A DNA stretch of 64,000 nt from an uncultured virus (IMG/VR IMGVR_UViG_3300030685_000002) (Duplodnaviria > Heunggongvirae > Uroviricota > Caudoviricetes). The DNA lies in IMG/VR virus record IMGVR_UViG_3300030685_000002; one strand, given 5' to 3'. Of this stretch, positions 16,780 to 25,911 are shown piece by piece (position 1 is the stretch's first letter; each line of letters opens with the position of its first letter). The notes under the pieces were generated by a model that was given only the letters and a program-made list of their open reading frames with translations, searched no databases and had not been told where the DNA came from. A program made the translations under genes and the position numbers.

Positions 16780-17204
16780 AAGTAGTACAAAGAATAGCGT
16801 TGGTAAAGAATTTCCATAATTATGATGGAGAAGGTCAAAATGGTCCTTATACAATTGGTACATGGATTGTGAAAAGTGTGATTGACAATGTTGAGTTTAG
16901 TGTAAAGTGTTTTACTGACATCCATGAATATTTCTTGGCCAATCCTACATTGCATATTGATTGTGAGATTGAGACAAAGGGTAAGCCATGGCAAGATAAG
17001 TATTTCAATGAACTTACTATTGTTTCCATACAGAAACCGGAAGTGCCGGCAGATGTTCCTGGTATGCCTATTCCAGAAAGTAATAGTATGATGCCACCGG
17101 CCGGTGCTGTTATTTATCCTAATGAAAATAGTGGTGGAGCAAAACCATTTGTTACTGGTGGTATTCCAGTAGGTAGTGGTGAAGGTTCGGACCTTCCATT
17201 TTAG
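16776..17204 (+). CDS. DUF3127-like ssDNA-binding protein
   Basis: KGKPWQDKYFNEL and acidic tail SDLPF. Confidence 0.75.
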   Translation: MKVVQRIALVKNFHNYDGEGQNGPYTIGTWIVKSVIDNVEFSVKCFTDIHEYFLANPTLHIDCEIETKGKPWQDKYFNELTIVSIQKPEVPADVPGMPIPESNSMMPPAGAVIYPNENSGGAKPFVTGGIPVGSGEGSDLPF

Positions 17205-17211
17205 CATGTTA

Positions 17212-17247
17212 AAGAGAAGGTAGTTTAAATACTATCTTCTCTTTTTT
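17212..17247 (+). terminator. Intrinsic terminator
   Basis: AAGAGAAGGTAGT...ACTATCTTCTCTTTTTT. Confidence 0.8.
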
Positions 17248-17261
17248 GCAAAAACAATTTA

Positions 17262-17269
17262 TATCTTTG
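17262..17269 (+). promoter_or_regulatory. -7 promoter element (TATCTTTG)
   Basis: Directly after the terminator, upstream of ATG 17294. Confidence 0.7.
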
Positions 17270-17293
17270 CACATAACATTTAAAAACTAATAT

Positions 17294-17581
17294 ATGTCAA
17301 ATTGGATAAAGCCAGGTATTCCTGTAGTGAATATCACAAATTTAGAAAAAGTCTTTGTAGTTGACCATGCTATTTTCAAAAGCAAAGAGATAAAAGATAA
17401 GAATGGAAGTTCTATTCGTGTAAGTAGATTAATAGGTATTAAAGTAAAACATGTTTCTAATAATATTACTGAGACAGAAATAATGCATTCAAAAGAACTT
17501 ATACCTTTAGATGTTGCTTTAAAAGGTGTTTTGGAATCTATGATGTTTATTAATCGAGAAGGAATTTATAAAACATATTAA
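17294..17581 (+). CDS. Hypothetical protein
   Basis: 95-aa ORF. Confidence 0.7.
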   Translation: MSNWIKPGIPVVNITNLEKVFVVDHAIFKSKEIKDKNGSSIRVSRLIGIKVKHVSNNITETEIMHSKELIPLDVALKGVLESMMFINREGIYKTY

Positions 17582-17584
17582 ACA

Positions 17585-18259
17585 ATGCAAGTAGAAGATT
17601 TTTTATATCTTGAAGAATCGGTAATAAAAGTTACTGATATGGCAATGCAAATGCCAGAGTTTAGAGATTTTAAACGTTATGATACAAGTACAAATAAGGT
17701 CTTTTTTTATAAGGCCATGGCTTATATCTATTATGTATACAAAGTCTTTGGAGAAGAGCGTTCCTACCTTCATAATCAACCTTTGCAACAACGTAGGTCA
17801 CAAGCGGTAAAAAGTCATACCGGGACTTATAAAAAAGTAAGTGATTTTGAAGAGAATGAATGGGTACAAAAATGTATTGCCGGGTACCTTAAATTTTCAA
17901 GAACACGTAATGAGATATTACTTGATACACTAAAAGAAGATATTGATATGTTTTCTGAGGTAGTACAAAAGATGCCTCATATGATTAAAAAGAAAATTAA
18001 GGTTACACATAAAGAACTTGATGAAGATGGTGAGTCAATGATTGACCGAGTTCATGATGTTGAGATAGAAATCCCAAATACAAAAGAACGACTTGATGCT
18101 TTAAAACAAGCCAGTGATTTGTATGATTATTATAATAAGGTTTTGGCAAATGTAAATAAAGATGCCATTAAGAAACGTTCTTCGGCCACAATGTTTGAGA
18201 ACCAAAAAGAAGTATCAAAGATTACGATTACTGATGAATTTCCACGAGCAAACAAATAA
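17585..18259 (+). CDS. Helical crAss-like protein (terminase small subunit candidate)
   Basis: AYIYYVY...SYL...QRR; helical; in the late operon. Function is inferred. Confidence 0.45.
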   Translation: MQVEDFLYLEESVIKVTDMAMQMPEFRDFKRYDTSTNKVFFYKAMAYIYYVYKVFGEERSYLHNQPLQQRRSQAVKSHTGTYKKVSDFEENEWVQKCIAGYLKFSRTRNEILLDTLKEDIDMFSEVVQKMPHMIKKKIKVTHKELDEDGESMIDRVHDVEIEIPNTKERLDALKQASDLYDYYNKVLANVNKDAIKKRSSATMFENQKEVSKITITDEFPRANK

Positions 18260-18264
18260 TTATT

Positions 18265-18621
18265 ATGTTAGTACTTGACCCAGTTTATTATAAATCTACA
18301 GTTCCAGAAATGACTATTGAAGTAAATGCGTTAATAGATGATCCAGATAATGTTGGGCAAAAAATACGTGTACCGGTAGTATTAGATGGCGCTAATATAG
18401 TTATGAATTTGATGAATGGTAATGTATTAGGAAAACAATATTCTACAGCAGATAATACTATTACTACAGCAGATAATATCATTACTATTCCTGAACATGA
18501 AATGACTGCTGAACCGGCAGATTATGAGTTTGATTTTAATATCATTCTTTCAACAGGTAAAAAAATTACTGGTTTTGCACCAGGAAGAAGAGAAGTCTTG
18601 CCAATTAGTACAATAAGATAA
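18265..18621 (+). CDS. BppU-like/Ig-fold tail-fibre adaptor
   Basis: Beta-rich with DYEFDFNI; directly precedes the fibre gene. Confidence 0.5.
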   Translation: MLVLDPVYYKSTVPEMTIEVNALIDDPDNVGQKIRVPVVLDGANIVMNLMNGNVLGKQYSTADNTITTADNIITIPEHEMTAEPADYEFDFNIILSTGKKITGFAPGRREVLPISTIR

Positions 18622-18623
18622 TA

Positions 18624-21600
18624 ATGGATACTTTTGATATATTAGTAAATAATACTGGTGGTAATAACACCGAGGATATTAATGTAAAAGAATCAATTTT
18701 TGAATTGAATCTAAATAATGTTGTAGTTACTTATCAAGTAATAATTGATGAGTCTACACCACATTATGATATTGATGTTCATGATACTAAAATTTCATAC
18801 TTAATTGAACCTTCAAATATATTTTTTACTAGTGGTATCGGTGATGCTCCTGATGAACAAGTTTATGGTCGTAAAAATGGTCAATGGGTTTTATTACTTC
18901 CGGAACAAAATCTTCTTCTTGGTGAATTACATACTAATGCTTATTATGGTGACTTAGGTAAGATAGCTTATGACCATTCTCAGTCTACTGGTAACGTACA
19001 TGAATTATCATTCTCCGGTTTATTAAATAAGCCAACAACAGTCCAAGGTTATGGAATAACAAATATTCCTACTTGGGCTCTTTCTGTTTCTAAACCTTAT
19101 TATACAACTATCGAAGTGACTGAAGAAGATAATCTTTATTTTACTACTAATAGAGTTCTTGGAACTTACTTGAATGGGTATGTGGCAACAGATGGTAATG
19201 TAAACGCATCTGACACTGTTTTAAGCGCAATAGAGAAGCTTAGTTATAAAAACCATAATCCACTTACTTTGGGTTCTTCTAATGGCCTTACATTGGATGA
19301 ACAAGAATTATCTTTAGGACTTTCTTCTACAAATTCTACAGGTTCATTAAGTTTTACTGATTGGAATACTTTTAATAATAAATTATCAAGTTCATTGATG
19401 GGTGTTGCTAATGGATTAGCTACATTAGGAAGTGATACAAAAATTCCATTATCTCAAATACCAGTATCTTTATTGGGCCAAGTAAACTATAAAGGTTTAT
19501 GGGATGCGTCAACTGGATTACCATCATTACCATCAACCCCAACTTCAAATGGTGATTATTATATAGTATCTGTAGCCGGTTCTACTACTATGGGTTCAAT
19601 TAGTGAATGGAAAGTAGGAGATTGGTTGATAGCAAATGGTTCTGTATGGGGCAAGGTAGATAACACAGATGCAGTAAGTTCTGTAAATGGTTATGTAGGT
19701 ACTGTTGTATTAAATAAGTCTGATATAGGTCTTTCAAACGTCTCTAATGTATTACAATGGAGTACTGATAATCATCCAACAACAACAAGTGGTTATGGAC
19801 TTCCAAATTATCCTACTACTTTGCCGGCAAGTGATGTATATTTATGGGCTAAAGAATCAGTAAAACCATCTTATGTATGGACCGAAATTGGTAATCGTCC
19901 AACATTACTTTCTCAATTTTCCAATGATCTTGGTAATTATGGTAATTGGGTAGTAAATACTGATAGTAGATTAAGTGATTCTCGTATTGCATCAGATGTT
20001 TATAATTGGGCTAAAACTTCTACAAAACCTAGTTATACTTATTCAGAAATAACTTCTAAACCTACATTATTATCACAATTTACAAATGACTTAGGTAACT
20101 ATGGTGGATTTGTAACTGGTACTCCATGGACATTAGTTGGTTATTGGTATTCTTCCAATCATCCATCTACTTTATCTGGGTATGGGATAACTGATACTCC
20201 GTGGACTAATTATTTACCATTGTCTGGCGGACAAGAATCTGGCAATATTGGTTTTAATCAGGGGCTTGGCATTTCATTTGTAAATGGTGGATATCTTAAA
20301 AATAATTCAAATGGTCTTGGATTGAAATTGACAGCAGGGGCTAATAATTTGACATTTGAGAGCTACTCCACTATAGTTCAATCTAATTCTTTGTACCTTC
20401 AAAACTTAAACGGAAGTTCTGCACTAATATCCTTTCAAGGAACTCAAATAGGTGCAAAGGAATATAATATTAAAAACAGTATAGATGGTGTAAGTAATAT
20501 AGGATTTTCTATAAGAAACTATACCGATAGTACCACTCCTATGTACATTGATGGGTCTGACAATGTATTTTTTAAAAATTATGTAACTGCAACCCAATAT
20601 AAAGTATCTGGTGGAACTTCATCACAATTTCTTAAAGGTGATGGGAGTTTGGATAGTACTACATATCAACCATTAGGTAGCGCTATTAATACTGGTAATA
20701 TATCTGCTCAGAGTGTAAACTATGCAAACAGCGCAGGCAATTCTAATCAATGGGGAGGTTATCCTATAGATTTCAATCAAGCTGTTAATGTAAATAGATT
20801 GATTGCATGGGATGTATCTGATAATAAGTTTAGAGTTGCTGATAATTCTAGTATTAAATCTTGGTTAGGCTTAGGTTCATCGGCTTATACTAATACTAGT
20901 GCATTTCAACCTGCAATTACAGGACTTACAATAAACTACATTCCTAAATGGAATGGTAGCAATATGGTAAATAGTTTAATAAGTGATGATGGGTCAGACA
21001 ATGCATATTATTATATTGGAAACGCCAATCAAGGGGGTATTAATTTAAAAAGAAGTGGAGGAGCTGTATATGGTAAATTTGGTATTGAGCAATACGGAGT
21101 AAATAATGATACTTATATCGGTTCTTTTTCAAATAATGGGCTTGGGTTATACTCAACAGGAACTAAAAGATTATACATTCGAAATACTGGGGAAATAGAC
21201 ATACTTTCAACAACTCTCTCAACCTCACCTACCACAGGCGCATTAGTTGTTGATGGTGGTATTGGAGTTAGTGGTAGTGGCTATTTTAATGGTAATATTA
21301 CTGCTAGTAGTTTTATTAAATCAGGAGGAACATCTTCTCAATTATTACTAGCTGATGGGAGCGTTGTAAATATAAGTGCAATAGGAATAGATCAAACACA
21401 AACATCTATAAATGGATCAGTTAGTGGGACTGTTATTTGTTCTATGCCATTTCAGACAAATAGTTACAAAAAGGTAGTATTAAAAGGAAGCCCATTTGGT
21501 GGATCGGCTACATATACATTTCCAGTTGCATTTACTGCATTTGGACAACCATCATATTATATAACTGGCGCGATAACTATAACTTCACTCAGTTCTACTT

Positions 21601-21659
21601 CTATTACTATAAACGCAAGTTCAACATCAGCAGGATATGTTGTTTTAGAAGGGTATTAA
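18624..21659 (+). CDS. Tail fibre / receptor-binding protein
   Basis: Fibre motifs YGRKNGQW, KPTTVQGYGIT, GVANGLATL, VSSVNG..GTVVL, GGTSSQFLKGDGS. Confidence 0.85.
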   Translation: MDTFDILVNNTGGNNTEDINVKESIFELNLNNVVVTYQVIIDESTPHYDIDVHDTKISYLIEPSNIFFTSGIGDAPDEQVYGRKNGQWVLLLPEQNLLLGELHTNAYYGDLGKIAYDHSQSTGNVHELSFSGLLNKPTTVQGYGITNIPTWALSVSKPYYTTIEVTEEDNLYFTTNRVLGTYLNGYVATDGNVNASDTVLSAIEKLSYKNHNPLTLGSSNGLTLDEQELSLGLSSTNSTGSLSFTDWNTFNNKLSSSLMGVANGLATLGSDTKIPLSQIPVSLLGQVNYKGLWDASTGLPSLPSTPTSNGDYYIVSVAGSTTMGSISEWKVGDWLIANGSVWGKVDNTDAVSSVNGYVGTVVLNKSDIGLSNVSNVLQWSTDNHPTTTSGYGLPNYPTTLPASDVYLWAKESVKPSYVWTEIGNRPTLLSQFSNDLGNYGNWVVNTDSRLSDSRIASDVYNWAKTSTKPSYTYSEITSKPTLLSQFTNDLGNYGGFVTGTPWTLVGYWYSSNHPSTLSGYGITDTPWTNYLPLSGGQESGNIGFNQGLGISFVNGGYLKNNSNGLGLKLTAGANNLTFESYSTIVQSNSLYLQNLNGSSALISFQGTQIGAKEYNIKNSIDGVSNIGFSIRNYTDSTTPMYIDGSDNVFFKNYVTATQYKVSGGTSSQFLKGDGSLDSTTYQPLGSAINTGNISAQSVNYANSAGNSNQWGGYPIDFNQAVNVNRLIAWDVSDNKFRVADNSSIKSWLGLGSSAYTNTSAFQPAITGLTINYIPKWNGSNMVNSLISDDGSDNAYYYIGNANQGGINLKRSGGAVYGKFGIEQYGVNNDTYIGSFSNNGLGLYSTGTKRLYIRNTGEIDILSTTLSTSPTTGALVVDGGIGVSGSGYFNGNITASSFIKSGGTSSQLLLADGSVVNISAIGIDQTQTSINGSVSGTVICSMPFQTNSYKKVVLKGSPFGGSATYTFPVAFTAFGQPSYYITGAITITSLSSTSITINASSTSAGYVVLEGY
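19824..20105 (+). repeat. Two 40-aa internal fibre repeats (19824-19943, 19986-20105)
   Basis: PASDVYLWAKESVKPSY...PTLLSQFSNDLGNYG vs IASDVYNWAKTSTKPSY...PTLLSQFTNDLGNYG, 29/40 identical by hand. Confidence 0.9.
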
Positions 21660-21695
21660 ATAATTATAATAGAATAAATATAAAAATAAAAAGTT

Positions 21696-22121
21696 ATGAA
21701 AATTGGAGAAATTAGATCAAAGTTTTTTGAAATTAGTAATCTAATGAATATTTTTAATTCAAAAGGTATTGATAATACTGAATTGAATTGTCTTATTCTA
21801 GATAATTTTGAAATTCTTGAAAAAGAAAACAACAAAATTCAAAAAACGATTAGTCCTAGATTAATTGAATTTGAAAACAAATTTGTTGAGATGAATAAAG
21901 AAAATCAAATAAGCCGAGACAATGCTATTTTGTTATTATCTTTAGAAGAACAAAATGAATTTAAAGTTTTAAATGAAAAATTACAAAGTGATTTTGAGAT
22001 AGAACGAAAAATTTCATTAGTAGAGATTAAAGAATCAATAGTACGTTCTACAAAAGGAATACCTATGAATGCTTTAATTACTCTTAAATACTTTTCACAA
22101 GAAAAAAATTGGAAAAAATGA
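21696..22121 (+). CDS. Helical protein, possible fibre chaperone
   Basis: Position after the fibre gene; coiled-coil character. Confidence 0.55.
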   Translation: MKIGEIRSKFFEISNLMNIFNSKGIDNTELNCLILDNFEILEKENNKIQKTISPRLIEFENKFVEMNKENQISRDNAILLLSLEEQNEFKVLNEKLQSDFEIERKISLVEIKESIVRSTKGIPMNALITLKYFSQEKNWKK

Positions 22122-22219
22122 AAAAAGAAGACGACACTTTAAAAAAAGATGACAATCCAAGAACTGGAGGCGGAACTGGTGGTGGAACTAGACCTATTAC
22201 GACCGATGAACTTTATTAG
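22118..22219 (+). CDS. 33-aa peptide MKKEDDTLKKDDNPRTGGGTGGGTRPITTDELY
   Basis: ATGA overlap with the upstream stop; overlaps the start of the next membrane gene. Confidence 0.55.
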   Translation: MKKEDDTLKKDDNPRTGGGTGGGTRPITTDELY

Positions 22220-22586
22220 AATACACGTAGTTCTAACTAAGTATATTCCAATTATAATAAATTTATTTTTACTTTTTATTTATGTATTTTGGCATGAATC
22301 AAAAATAAGAGATATGTATTTATATATTGGATTTGGACAAAGTTTAATATATAATCTATATTTATTTTCAGCATCTTTATCATTTAGATTCTGTTTATGG
22401 CATAAAGTTTTAATATTAAATATGACTATTTGTTTAATTATAGAATATTTAAATAATAAAGGTTTATTTTTACCTGACATTTTTGATACTATTATTAAAT
22501 TGACTTTATTCTCTATTATATTATCTTCAATCTTATATTATAAAAATGGATGCTACAGTAAAAAAGACAATCATACGACTCTTTAA
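22206..22586 (+). CDS. 4-TM membrane protein with FRFCLWH motif
   Basis: Hydrophobic segments; start reassigned to MNFIRIH. Confidence 0.7.
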   Translation: MNFIRIHVVLTKYIPIIINLFLLFIYVFWHESKIRDMYLYIGFGQSLIYNLYLFSASLSFRFCLWHKVLILNMTICLIIEYLNNKGLFLPDIFDTIIKLTLFSIILSSILYYKNGCYSKKDNHTTL

Positions 22587-22725
22587 AAGAGTCATAAAAG
22601 CAATAGATAATGGAGTCTGTGACAATATGACAACAAAAGAAATAGATCATCTAATACGATTACTTGAAGAGTCTAAGAAAATTGACGAAACTTACATAAA
22701 AAGAAAACGATGGATAATATTTTAA
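22546..22725 (+). CDS. 59-aa HTH-less paralog of the 11308-11601 N-terminal domain
   Basis: MDATVKKTIIRLFKRVIKAIDNGVCDNMTTKEIDHLIRLL aligns without gaps to IVSIVLKMIENNECEDLTNEELEQISILI. Confidence 0.7.
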   Translation: MDATVKKTIIRLFKRVIKAIDNGVCDNMTTKEIDHLIRLLEESKKIDETYIKRKRWIIF

Positions 22726-23090
22726 TTGCCTTAATTGGCACTGGAGGAACACTTGGTGCTATTGGTGGAGTAATGAGTATTGTTTCTTACTTTTCTCCAT
22801 CTTCTATTAGCATTCGAAAAAGTAATGCTATTATCAAAGAAAATCAATCATGGGAGACTTCATTAAATCTTCTTCTTAAATGGAAATTAGAAGCAGAAAA
22901 AAAAATTGAAACTCTTGAATTGGATGTTGAAAAACTTTTAAAAAAAGATAGTCGTTCACAAAGACTTATTTCTGCTTATCGAATGATTGTAAGTTCTAAT
23001 AAAAGTTGTCAACATAACAAAGACAATACGGATAATTGTCCAGTAGCAATTAAAATGCGTGCTTTAGATATTGAAAACAAACAAGAATAA
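22710..23090 (+). CDS. Holin-like protein (N-terminal TM + coiled coil)
   Basis: Gly-rich TM, coiled coil, C-x8-CP; directly upstream of the endolysin. Confidence 0.5.
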   Translation: MDNILIALIGTGGTLGAIGGVMSIVSYFSPSSISIRKSNAIIKENQSWETSLNLLLKWKLEAEKKIETLELDVEKLLKKDSRSQRLISAYRMIVSSNKSCQHNKDNTDNCPVAIKMRALDIENKQE

Positions 23091-23092
23091 TT

Positions 23093-23563
23093 ATGGAAAG
23101 AGCAAATAAATTTATACCTAAAATACTTTTTGCAGAGGGTGGTAGTAAATATACTAATGACCCTAATGATTCGGGAGGTGAAACTAAATATGGTATTTCT
23201 AAAAAAGCATTTCCAAATCTAGATATTAAAAATCTAACAGAAGTACAAGCAATTGCAATTTATAAAAAACTGTATTGTGATCCTTGCAAGATAGATTTAA
23301 TCAAAGATGAATTTTTAGCTTTACATGTTTTTGATTTTGCAGTTACCTCTGGTGTCCATAGAGCAATAGAAGTTCTTCAATCAGTTATAGGAGTTTTAAC
23401 TGATGGAATTTTTGGTAATCAAACTCTTCAAAAAGTAAATTCTGGAAATTATCTCAATGCTTATAAGAATGCTCGTATAGCATTTTACACTAATATAGGT
23501 ATTGGCAAAAATGCAAAATTTAAAAAGGGATGGATTAATCGAGTAAACAATTTAAAACTATAA
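23093..23563 (+). CDS. Endolysin, glycoside hydrolase family 108
   Basis: EGG...NDPNDSGGETKYGI, FDFAVTSG, DGIFG, GWINRV. Confidence 0.92.
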   Translation: MERANKFIPKILFAEGGSKYTNDPNDSGGETKYGISKKAFPNLDIKNLTEVQAIAIYKKLYCDPCKIDLIKDEFLALHVFDFAVTSGVHRAIEVLQSVIGVLTDGIFGNQTLQKVNSGNYLNAYKNARIAFYTNIGIGKNAKFKKGWINRVNNLKL

Positions 23564-23588
23564 TTACTAATCTTTAAAACTAATCATT

Positions 23589-23660
23589 ATGGCTGCAACA
23601 AAGCAAAAACCATCTTCTTCTGGAAAGAAGAAACCGATGTCAAGTAAGAAATCTTGCTAA
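23589..23660 (+). CDS. 23-aa basic peptide MAATKQKPSSSGKKKPMSSKKSC
   Basis: AT-rich leader similar to other genes here; followed by a hairpin. Confidence 0.5.
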   Translation: MAATKQKPSSSGKKKPMSSKKSC

Positions 23661-23672
23661 CAATTATTATCT

Positions 23673-23702
23673 ATTAGGGAGTGATTAAGTTCATTCCCTA
23701 AT
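23673..23702 (+). terminator. Hairpin, probable terminator
   Basis: ATTAGGGAGTGA...TCATTCCCTAAT. Confidence 0.6.
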
Positions 23703-23731
23703 GTTGTATTTACACAATAAATTAAAATGTC

Positions 23732-25021
23732 ATGAAATTCTATAAAAAACAAAATGGGAAATGGGTTATTGGCGACAATACTGGAATACCATCAGGTTCT
23801 TGTGTTGAAATTACCAATTCAATTACAGGAGCAATTACTATTGTAAAAGAAGAAGGTAATGGAAATTATGCAGATGGATTAATGCCAACAGAATTTCAAG
23901 ATATAAATGGAAATTATTATAGTGATTTATCAGCATATGAAACAGCGACATGTAGTTTTTTTGTTGATGCCTCCAGTAGTGGGGGCACAAGCAATGTTAT
24001 AGATATGAAACCGGGAGAATATCTTATCGATAAATTAGAATTATGTAGTGAAGCAACTGCTGAAAACCCAATTATCATAAATTTTTATAATCATTCAAAA
24101 ACTATAAATTGGAATTTATGGAAAGGTGAGATTCTATGGCCTGCTTATGTTTATATAAATTTTAAAGAAGATATAGATTGGTATCCAATGGGATTACGTA
24201 ATATATGTGAGAACTATGATGAAGGATTTACTATACGTAATCCTATGGATAAGATGTTTATGGGTATAGCATTTAATGCATACAGAGGACAAGAGTTTAA
24301 ATTAAAGTTTCCTTTACCTCTTAATTTGAATAGTGTATATTTTGGAGGATTAGATGAGGCTTATTTCACGGTAGCAGATTATGAAGAAATGTTGACAATT
24401 CCATGGGACAGACAATTAGGACCTTTTAATGTAATTCAATGTGGTGGAGACCGAAATGTTGATGGTCGTAATCGAATGCTTTATAAAAGAGTTGGTCAAG
24501 AATATGTTCCTATTGCACCTAATATTGTCAATCATAATCTAATAGGAGTAAAATTAATAGGGTCTTATATGAGATTCCTAATAATGAGAGATTGTGATTT
24601 ACAATCCGGAGATTTATCAGGAGCTGAAATGTCTTATTCCTATATTGAGAGATGTAGTTTCAAGTTTTCTAAGTTTGCTGAGACTAATTTTTCAAACGCT
24701 GTTGTTCAAGAATGTGATTTTACAGGTTCATATCTACGAGGTATGTTTGCTCCAAACGCATCATTTGAAAGAAGTCAATTTATGGATAGTGATCTATCTT
24801 ATGTTAACTTCGTTTCTGCTAATCTAACTAATGTTTTAATGAAAAACTGTAATCTAAATAATACCGACCTTAGGTCTGCTAACATTTGTGGAACAGACTT
24901 ACAAGGATGTTATAATTTATCTTCTGAAATAGGTACCAAGGCGATGCTTATAGGTGCTGTAGGTGAAGGACATTATGACACAGGCACTATTTGGATTGAT
25001 GGTACTTCTATATTAGTTTAA
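23732..25021 (+). CDS. Pentapeptide-repeat protein
   Basis: C-terminal CDLQS/GDLSG/AEMSY...SDLSY/VNFVS/ANLTN...TDLRS/ANICG/TDLQG. Confidence 0.85.
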   Translation: MKFYKKQNGKWVIGDNTGIPSGSCVEITNSITGAITIVKEEGNGNYADGLMPTEFQDINGNYYSDLSAYETATCSFFVDASSSGGTSNVIDMKPGEYLIDKLELCSEATAENPIIINFYNHSKTINWNLWKGEILWPAYVYINFKEDIDWYPMGLRNICENYDEGFTIRNPMDKMFMGIAFNAYRGQEFKLKFPLPLNLNSVYFGGLDEAYFTVADYEEMLTIPWDRQLGPFNVIQCGGDRNVDGRNRMLYKRVGQEYVPIAPNIVNHNLIGVKLIGSYMRFLIMRDCDLQSGDLSGAEMSYSYIERCSFKFSKFAETNFSNAVVQECDFTGSYLRGMFAPNASFERSQFMDSDLSYVNFVSANLTNVLMKNCNLNNTDLRSANICGTDLQGCYNLSSEIGTKAMLIGAVGEGHYDTGTIWIDGTSILV

Positions 25022-25048
25022 TTATAAAACAATTTGATATTAATTATT

Positions 25049-25270
25049 ATGAAAACAAGAACTTCTTACAAACGCAAATCATGGAAAACATCACTATTCG
25101 GAATTGTCTGTTTAGTAAATGTGTTTATATGTTTATTTTTAGTCTATCTAAAAACAATTACTATTACTGACACTGGTCAATATTTAGTAATCTCTACTCC
25201 TATCATTCTTGGTATTGGTAAGTTCTTTGATAAAGATAGTGATGTCACCGGAGGGACTAGAGAAGTATGA
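25049..25270 (+). CDS. Holin-like 2-TM protein
   Basis: SWKTSLFG, two TM helices, then ...KD. Confidence 0.6.
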   Translation: MKTRTSYKRKSWKTSLFGIVCLVNVFICLFLVYLKTITITDTGQYLVISTPIILGIGKFFDKDSDVTGGTREV

Positions 25271-25908
25271 TACAATTTATAAAGAAAAACTTGGTAATAA
25301 GCGCGATAATAACTATCGTGCTTTTACTGTTTATTGGTGGTGTGGTAAAATCATGTCAATCAAAACAGGCAAAAACATTGATTACAAAACAAGATGTATC
25401 ATCTGCATATCGTGATGGCTTTAATACAGCTTCTAGTAACTATCGTAAGCAATCAATTAAGTCGATTGATAGTATCAATGCTTTACGAAAAAAGGATCGT
25501 TTAGAATCAAGTAAAACGCTTTCTAATTATAAAGATAAAAATGTAGTTTTATCAAAAAAGATAAGTAAGTTTGAAAATGATTATAATACAGATACTACAA
25601 AGCATACTTTAGCGAATTGTGATAGTCTTTTAGTATTGAAAAATATATCACTGCAGCAGAAAGATACTATTATAAAAACTACTGAAAAGAAATTAATTAG
25701 TACTGAACTTAGTTTGACTGATGCTACTAAAAAATACTTCTTACAAACAGAGGAAACAGAACAATGTAAAAATGAAAATCTTATATTACAAAAAGAAAAG
25801 AAAGATTTGACTACTGCATTAAAACGTTCAACTGGTTGGTGGAGTAAAAATAATATTTGGTTCTATTTGGGCGCCGGTGCAATTGGAGGATATTTTATAG
25901 CAAAATAA
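25267..25908 (+). CDS. Spanin-like protein
   Basis: N-terminal hydrophobic helix ending VKSC, long coiled coil, C-terminal hydrophobic tail. Confidence 0.55.
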   Translation: MIQFIKKNLVISAIITIVLLLFIGGVVKSCQSKQAKTLITKQDVSSAYRDGFNTASSNYRKQSIKSIDSINALRKKDRLESSKTLSNYKDKNVVLSKKISKFENDYNTDTTKHTLANCDSLLVLKNISLQQKDTIIKTTEKKLISTELSLTDATKKYFLQTEETEQCKNENLILQKEKKDLTTALKRSTGWWSKNNIWFYLGAGAIGGYFIAK

Positions 25909-25911
25909 TTT

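Noticed and set aside
22149..22205. N-terminal extension MTIQELEAELVVELDLLRP of the membrane protein
   Set aside because: Better explained as the off-frame reading of the coupled 33-aa peptide ORF; ATG 22206 is preferred, though unproven.
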